A DNA stretch of 10,391 bases, from the UHGV virus genome UHGV-0229635, one strand, 5' to 3'. The translations under genes were made by a program, and so were the position numbers. Shown in pieces: positions 6,321 through 10,391 of this stretch (position 1 is the first letter of the stretch; each line of letters begins with the position of its first letter). This DNA comes from a virus. Below the pieces are notes generated by a model. It saw only the letters and a program-made list of their open reading frames with translations, ran no database searches and had not been told where the DNA came from.

Positions 6321-6615
6321 TTAAGAGAACAAAATTTCGAATGCCTGGCGGATGGTTGCAACATCTTCGTTCGTCAGTTTTTTTCGTTCATCTGATGACA
6401 TCGATAACAATGCATTCCTCTCAATCAACGTAGCCAGCAGTTTAGATGCTATATTTTGAACGTCAGGGCTTAACTCTAAGAATTTATTTCGACTACGTTC
6501 GAGAATAAGTTGTGTCGCGGGTGTATCTTTTAACTCAGATATTTTTTTTGTCCAATACATCAAGCATTTCTTTCGTTTTCTCAATTAGTAATTGTTCAAT
6601 ACATGAAATATCCAT
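6321..6615 (-). pseudogene. gene immediately downstream of N, interrupted by a +1 frameshift in an A8 homopolymer (plus-strand T8 at 6542..6549); the intact product would be about 97 aa
   Basis: A 26-codon ORF (6535..6615, MDISCIEQLLIEKTKEMLDVLDKKNI*) starts at an ATG with GAGG 5 nt upstream, two nt after the N stop. Removing one A from the run reads straight into the 6321..6584 frame (..DKKISELKDTPATQ..). The downstream frame alone has only a TTG or ATG start without a Shine-Dalgarno. Confidence 0.5.
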
Positions 6616-6617
6616 AA

Positions 6618-6926
6618 TTACCTCGCCGTCAGTTGTTTTGATTTCCGATAGCCTGCCACGTAGATGGCTACGTTTGGCAGGCAAATGCTTCCATTGCATT
6701 CGTCGGTATTTTGGTTACGAATGTTGCCGAGTGATATTGCTTTTTCAGAAAGGCTTAAACGCTTTCTCGGTTCTTTCTGAACAGGTTCATCACTGTCTGT
6801 ACCGAAGATCGAATCGATGATGTTGCATATAGCATCACGCTCGATAGCCAGCTTTCTGCGCCGCTCATGACGGCGAGTTTTGGCATTTCCTGTAAATGTT
6901 GATTTCCCGTACACGATTACCGTCAT
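6618..6926 (-). CDS. N: N-type transcription antitermination protein, P22 gene 24 type (102 aa)
   Basis: N-terminal arginine-rich motif GNAKTRRHERRRKLAIERD matches the P22 N boxB-binding peptide; GAGGA Shine-Dalgarno; long 5' leader carrying nutL. Confidence 0.85.
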   Translation of the reverse strand: MTVIVYGKSTFTGNAKTRRHERRRKLAIERDAICNIIDSIFGTDSDEPVQKEPRKRLSLSEKAISLGNIRNQNTDECNGSICLPNVAIYVAGYRKSKQLTAR

Positions 6927-7105
6927 GATGTTTTCCTCATGTAAAATGGCTTTGGTGGTGAGGTAGGTGGGAGACCCATTTCGACCTGTTTCGGCCTACT
7001 TCAATTCGGCAATAGTCCCGCAGGCCTCGCCGCTTTACGTGCGACATATTCCCGTCCATGAACCCTTCACCACACCGCCAAACCCATCTCGTTTGGTATC
7101 TGTTT

Positions 7106-7139
7106 GCGCTTTGTCAGCGCCCCATCGAAGTTAAAGAGC
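7106..7139 (-). promoter_or_regulatory. nutL: nutL: boxA-like GCTCTTTAA (7131..7139) followed on the leftward transcript by boxB GCGCTGACAAAGCGC (7106..7120)
   Basis: boxB is identical to the P22 nutL boxB hairpin as I remember it; boxA matches the CGCTCTTTA consensus at 8 of 9; sits about 180 nt upstream of N on its leader. Confidence 0.75.
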
Positions 7140-7186
7140 CCGCCAATCTGTTCCGTTTGGCTTCCAACGTCCTGCTGATGGCGATA

Positions 7187-7215
7187 ATAATGAACCAGTA
7201 GTTCGATATTATCAA
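7187..7215 (-). promoter_or_regulatory. candidate pL early leftward promoter (-35 TTGATA at 7215..7210, 17-nt spacer, -10 CATTAT at 7192..7187)
   Basis: Sigma70-like hexamers about 45 nt upstream of nutL boxA on the minus strand; overlapped by a 10-bp imperfect inverted repeat (7195..7204 / 7216..7225). No experimental support. Confidence 0.4.
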
Positions 7216-7493
7216 GAACTATTGGTACGAATCGTTTATGATTTATTAACTCTACGAAATATGATTTTGATATATAAGGAAATTTATTTTTGTAAATGTT
7301 GCGGATGAAGGTTATGCGGCAGGGATCAGAATTGCGTGGTTTAGCAAGTTGTATCTATTTATTTTTCAATAAATACAATTGGTTATGTGTTTTTAGATGG
7401 TGGATCGGGAGGCAAAGAAAACTGCTAGGTAGAAAACTGTGGGCACAAAAAAGCTAATGTGGAGTTGTTTGATCTTTTTAGGGGAATAAGAAA

Positions 7494-7517
7494 ACCCGCC
7501 GAAGCGGGTGTTTTTGG
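7494..7517. terminator. bidirectional intrinsic terminator (stem ACCCGC/GCGGGT, loop CGAA, T-tracts on both sides)
   Basis: Read directly: aaaacccgccgaagcgggtgttttt; the stem starts 9 nt after the stop of the 40-aa gene. Confidence 0.65.
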
Positions 7518-7640
7518 TTATGCTGCCATTGGAAGCTTTGATGCTAGCATTTCTGCTTTTCTCTGCTTCATTTCAGCAATAATCTGATTGATTCGATCCG
7601 CACTTTTAAGCATATCTTTGATATGTTCAGTTCTAGACAT
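7518..7640 (-). CDS. 40-aa hypothetical peptide (MSRTEHIKDMLKSADRINQIIAEMKQRKAEMLASKLPMAA), second gene of the cI-proximal cassette
   Basis: ATG preceded by GGAGGA (spacer TAAAC); ends directly at the intrinsic terminator; below the ORF-track size cut-off; predicted helical and amphipathic. Confidence 0.45.
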   Translation of the reverse strand: MSRTEHIKDMLKSADRINQIIAEMKQRKAEMLASKLPMAA

Positions 7641-7663
7641 GTTTATCCTCCGCTCTGTAAGTG

Positions 7664-8026
7664 TCAAAGACCCGATTTAGCACTCTTGAGTAGTTTTGAT
7701 CCCTCAGAGCACAAATCAGGATTCTTTTCTCTTATGTTTTTGATTAAAATCTGTGCAAATATGATGATTTGCTTTAAGTTTAGTTCATTGATTGCATCAG
7801 CTTTTTGGTCAAGTTTCTCTAGCTCTGCATCTAATTCGTCAAGAGATGGGTTTGTTAACTCATGCAACCCTTCAATTCCAAGCTCTTCAAGACTGGTTGT
7901 AACAAATTCAATCAGACCGATTACAGCCTTTTTGACGCTATATATCTGCTTCTCCTCTGCGGAGGCCTCTGCACTTGGAACCAATGCTAAGGTTTTCAGA
8001 TATTCATTCGTTTCATCTTGGGTCAC
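7664..8026 (-). CDS. 120-aa acidic helical hypothetical protein, first gene of the cI-proximal cassette (position of lambda rexAB)
   Basis: ORF track; GTG start with AAGGAG 8 nt upstream; same strand as cI and 166 nt downstream of it; AT-rich relative to cI. Confidence 0.6.
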   Translation of the reverse strand: MTQDETNEYLKTLALVPSAEASAEEKQIYSVKKAVIGLIEFVTTSLEELGIEGLHELTNPSLDELDAELEKLDQKADAINELNLKQIIIFAQILIKNIREKNPDLCSEGSKLLKSAKSGL

Positions 8027-8192
8027 TAACTATACTCCTTATATATGCTCGATCAACCCATTTTGCAACCGCATTTACTGGGATAGAGCTTTTTTTACAA
8101 TAGTCTTATGTGTATATTTACAACGTTGTTTGTGGATAGGGTTATGATTTGTACCTAAAACCTGTCGCATTTTCGTCTCTATGCTATTGGTA

Positions 8193-8900
8193 TTAATAAT
8201 TTCTCAGCCACTCCCTTGCCTCGATGTCATCCAGATGGCGAGATTGCTTCAGAATACCAGCCACATACTCCACCTTTGCTACTTGATGATAAGGCAACGT
8301 TATTGGTCTGTGGTCCTGGTTGATGCTTGTAAATTGGTATTCTCCATCTCTGTCATAGCCAAGAATCTTGATCATGTTGTGTCCTTCGATGGTTCTGACA
8401 AACACCTCATCACCCGGGAATACTTTGGTGTTAGGCTCAATGAGTACATATTCTCCTGATTTTATTCTGGGCCACATGCTGTCTCCTTTCACACGAAGAC
8501 CAAAGGCATCTGGATCATCGCTATAAATCTTGAGCCACCCATCGCGTTCTTCGGTCATCTCGATGGCACCATCAACACCAAGAATTGCCTCACCAACCAC
8601 GCGCACTAACCCTTTTTTTAATTTGCCAACAAATGAAAGAGTATCTTCATCATTCGCTCCATTTAACGAAGTGCCGTGCTGAAGCCAAACAACATCAACG
8701 TTTAGAAATTTCGCAAGCGCATTCATTTTTTCCTGACGCGGTAAAGACTCAGCATTAAACCATTTGCTAACGCCTTTGGACGAAAGAGAAAGGGCACGGG
8801 CTATAGCCATTCCCCTACCATGTTCATCAAGACCAGCTTCTTTACAGGCTTGCGCTAGCCGCTGGGCGAATTCTTTGCGCACTTTTTCATTCTGAACCAT
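8193..8900 (-). CDS. cI: CI-type prophage repressor: N-terminal HTH domain plus C-terminal LexA-like S24 peptidase domain (235 aa)
   Basis: Divergent from cro across an operator region; S24 catalytic motifs GDSM (Ser141) and Lys178 with LexA-like spacing; no Shine-Dalgarno before the ATG, consistent with a leaderless pRM-type transcript. Confidence 0.85.
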   Translation of the reverse strand: MVQNEKVRKEFAQRLAQACKEAGLDEHGRGMAIARALSLSSKGVSKWFNAESLPRQEKMNALAKFLNVDVVWLQHGTSLNGANDEDTLSFVGKLKKGLVRVVGEAILGVDGAIEMTEERDGWLKIYSDDPDAFGLRVKGDSMWPRIKSGEYVLIEPNTKVFPGDEVFVRTIEGHNMIKILGYDRDGEYQFTSINQDHRPITLPYHQVAKVEYVAGILKQSRHLDDIEAREWLRNY

Positions 8901-8978
8901 GAGTACGATACTAAAGCACTTGCAAAAACTTTCAGTTCAATCATAATGCGTACTGAAAGTACGAAAAAGGATATTCCT
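8901..8978. promoter_or_regulatory. OR-type divergent control region (pRM/pR plus operators): candidate pR -35 TTGCAA (8920..8925) and -10 CATAAT (8942..8947); perfect palindrome CGTACTgaaAGTACG (8949..8963); 9-bp inverted repeat ACTTTCAGT/ACTGAAAGT (8928..8936 / 8952..8960)
   Basis: Read directly; position between divergent cI and cro. Confidence 0.7.
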
Positions 8979-9206
8979 ATGCAAAATCTTGATGAGCCGA
9001 TTAAAGGTGTCGGCATACCTGAAGTTGCGAAGGCTTGTGGAGTTAGCGAAAGGGCTGTCTATAAGTGGCTCAAAAACGGCTTCCTCCCTAAGACTGAGTT
9101 TTTTGGGAAAACGAAATACGCCTCAAAAATCGAAGAGATTTCTGGTGGCAAATATCAAGCAAGCGAAATGCTTGAAATAAGTAAAAAGAACCTTCTGGCT
9201 GCATAA
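8979..9206 (+). CDS. cro: Cro-like HTH regulator (75 aa)
   Basis: First gene rightward of the operator region; HTH signature (..VAKACGVSERAVYKWLKNG..); AAGGA Shine-Dalgarno 8 nt before the ATG at 8979. The in-frame ORF-track ATG at 8946 lies inside the candidate pR -10 and is unlikely to be used. Confidence 0.75.
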   Translation: MQNLDEPIKGVGIPEVAKACGVSERAVYKWLKNGFLPKTEFFGKTKYASKIEEISGGKYQASEMLEISKKNLLAA

Positions 9207-9213
9207 GTAACAC

Positions 9214-9248
9214 CGCTCTTTATCAATCTGCACCGCCGACAACGCGGT
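9214..9248 (+). promoter_or_regulatory. nutR: nutR: boxA CGCTCTTTA (9214..9222) and boxB hairpin ACCGCCGACAACGCGGT (9232..9248)
   Basis: boxA matches the consensus exactly; boxB matches the P22 nutR boxB as remembered; located between cro and cII as in lambda and P22. Confidence 0.75.
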
Positions 9249-9260
9249 AACTAATTAAGC

Positions 9261-9278
9261 ACTCATCGAAAGATGAGT
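9261..9278 (+). terminator. tR1-like hairpin (ACTCATC gaaa GATGAGT) followed by T-rich sequence
   Basis: Read directly; lies between nutR and cII where lambdoid phages carry tR1. The U-tract is imperfect, so it may be weak or rho-dependent. Confidence 0.35.
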
Positions 9279-9312
9279 ATTAGTGATTATTTACCTATGG
9301 AAATAGTAAGAA

Positions 9313-9609
9313 ATGGAAAGAACAAGTTACAGCAAACTATCACAGCGTGACGTTGATCGCGCAGAAACAGATTTACTTATCAATCTGTCAGCTATTACCC
9401 AGCGCGGTCTGGCAAAGATGATTGGCTGTCATGAATCGAAGATAAGCAGAACGGACTGGCGGTTTATTGCTTCGGTCCTGTGTGCTTTCGGAATGGCATC
9501 AGACATCAGTCCGATTAGCAGGGCTTTTAAGTATGCGCTTGATGAAATCATCAATAAAAAACGCCCGGCGGCAACCGAGCGTTCTGAACAAATCCAGATG
9601 GAATTCTGA
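9313..9609 (+). CDS. cII: CII transcriptional activator (98 aa); C-terminal 20 residues identical to lambda CII
   Basis: C-terminus ..NKKRPAATERSEQIQMEF is identical to lambda CII; the N-terminal two-thirds is divergent; located between nutR/tR1 and O. Confidence 0.85.
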   Translation: MERTSYSKLSQRDVDRAETDLLINLSAITQRGLAKMIGCHESKISRTDWRFIASVLCAFGMASDISPISRAFKYALDEIINKKRPAATERSEQIQMEF

Positions 9610-9641
9610 GATCATTACTGGATCAATCCACAGGAGTCATT

Positions 9642-10391
9642 ATGACAAATACAGCAAAAATACTCAACTTCTGCAGAGGTAACTTTGCCAAACAGGAGCG
9701 TAATGTGGCAGATCTCGATGATGGTTACGCCAGACTATCAAATATGCTGATTGAGGCTTATTCAGGCGCAGATCTGACCAAGCGACAGTTTAAAGTGCTG
9801 CTTGCCATTCTGCGTAAAACCTATGGGTGGAATAAACCAATGGACAGAATCACCGATTCTCAACTTAGCGAGATTACAAAGTTACCTGTCAAACGGTGCA
9901 ATGAAGCCAAGTTAGAACTCGTCAGAATGAATATTATCAAGCAGCAAGGCGGCATGTTTGGACCAAATAAAAACATCTCAGAATGGTGCATCCCTCAAAA
10001 CGAGGGAGGTTCCCCTAAAATGAGGGACATCCCTCAAAACGAGGGAAAATCCCCTAAAACGAGGGATAAAACATCCCTCAAATTAGGGGATTGCTATCCC
10101 TCAAAACAGGGGGACACAAAAGACACTATTACAAAAGAAAAAAGAAAAGATTATTCGTCCGAGAATTCTGGCGAATCCTCTGACCAGCCAGAAAACGATC
10201 TTTCTGTGGTTAAACCGGATGCTGCAATTCAGAGCGGCAGCAAGTGGGGAACAGCAGAAGACCTGACCGCCGCAGAGTGGATGTTTGACATGGTGAAGAC
10301 CATCGCACCATCAGCCAGAAAACCGAATTTTGCAGGGTGGGCTAACGATATCCGCCTGATGCGTGAACGTGACGGACGTAACCACCGCGAC
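9642..10391 (+). CDS. O: replication initiator O, lambda type; first 250 codons, continues past the window end
   Basis: Translation MTNTAKILNFCRGNFAKQERNVADLDDGYARLSNML... is near-identical to lambda O; the iteron origin lies inside the coding sequence; GGAG Shine-Dalgarno. Not in the ORF track because there is no stop in the window. Confidence 0.9.
   Translation, partial: MTNTAKILNFCRGNFAKQERNVADLDDGYARLSNMLIEAYSGADLTKRQFKVLLAILRKTYGWNKPMDRITDSQLSEITKLPVKRCNEAKLELVRMNIIKQQGGMFGPNKNISEWCIPQNEGGSPKMRDIPQNEGKSPKTRDKTSLKLGDCYPSKQGDTKDTITKEKRKDYSSENSGESSDQPENDLSVVKPDAAIQSGSKWGTAEDLTAAEWMFDMVKTIAPSARKPNFAGWANDIRLMRERDGRNHRD
9990..10160. other. iteron-type replication origin (ori-lambda type): six 17-19-bp iterons (9990..10113) followed by an A/T-rich region (10114..10160)
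   Basis: Read directly: TCCCTCAAAACGAGGGA, TCCCCTAAAATGAGGGA, TCCCTCAAAACGAGGGA, TCCCCTAAAACGAGGGA, TCCCTCAAATTAGGGGA, TCCCTCAAAACAGGGGGA, then acacaaaagacactattacaaaagaaaaaagaaaag. Confidence 0.85.

Noticed and set aside
7314-7457. 47-codon plus-strand ORF in the non-coding region between pL and the cassette terminator
   Set aside because: Translation (MRQGSELRGLASCIYLFFNKYNWLCVFRWWIGRQ...) is Trp/Cys/Arg-rich and looks like random AT-rich DNA; poor spacing from the upstream purine-rich stretch. Kept only as part of a possible sRNA region.
7623-8147. 174-aa plus-strand ORF antisense to the 120-aa cassette gene
   Set aside because: Ser/Phe/Cys-rich, non-protein-like composition, no Shine-Dalgarno, and it runs through the intergenic promoter region; the minus-strand gene has far better signals.
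8027-8192. Possible internal promoter (TTGCAA-16-TATATA on the minus strand) for the 120-aa gene
   Set aside because: The -10 hexamer overlaps the gene's Shine-Dalgarno, so a transcript starting there would lack the ribosome-binding site; not annotated as a feature, only mentioned in the cassette finding.
8946-8978. Upstream in-frame ATG for cro at 8946
   Set aside because: It lies inside the candidate pR -10 hexamer, so it would not be on the transcript; the ATG at 8979 has a proper Shine-Dalgarno.
9990-10113. Regularly spaced short repeats that could be mistaken for a CRISPR array
   Set aside because: Repeats are 17-19 bp, nearly contiguous, each internally palindromic, inside the O coding sequence and followed by an A/T-rich tract, which is the signature of ori-lambda-type iterons, not CRISPR repeats and spacers.

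Overview
This window is the early-left operon, immunity region and start of the replication module of a mosaic lambdoid (P22/HK620-like) phage or prophage from an enterobacterium. Right to left on the minus strand: a LexA-like cI repressor (8193..8900), a two-gene AT-rich cassette with its own terminator in the position lambda uses for rexAB (7518..8026), a candidate pL and a P22-type nutL (boxB GCGCTGACAAAGCGC), a P22-type N antiterminator (6618..6926), then about 6.5 kb of pL-operon genes. These include an apparently frameshifted gene, a membrane protein, an AT-rich moron bracketed by intrinsic terminators, a long Ala/Glu/Lys coiled-coil protein, cIII and kil (lambda-like, overlapping), a Sak4-like P-loop recombination ATPase with a putative ssDNA-binding partner, and a chain of small translationally coupled genes. 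On the plus strand are cro, a P22-type nutR, a cII whose C-terminus matches lambda cII, and the first 250 codons of a lambda-type O protein containing an iteron origin with six iterons. Everything is inferred by reading the sequence and from remembered protein sequences; no searches were run. The most likely place for an undescribed system is the cI-proximal cassette, followed by the terminator-bracketed moron.
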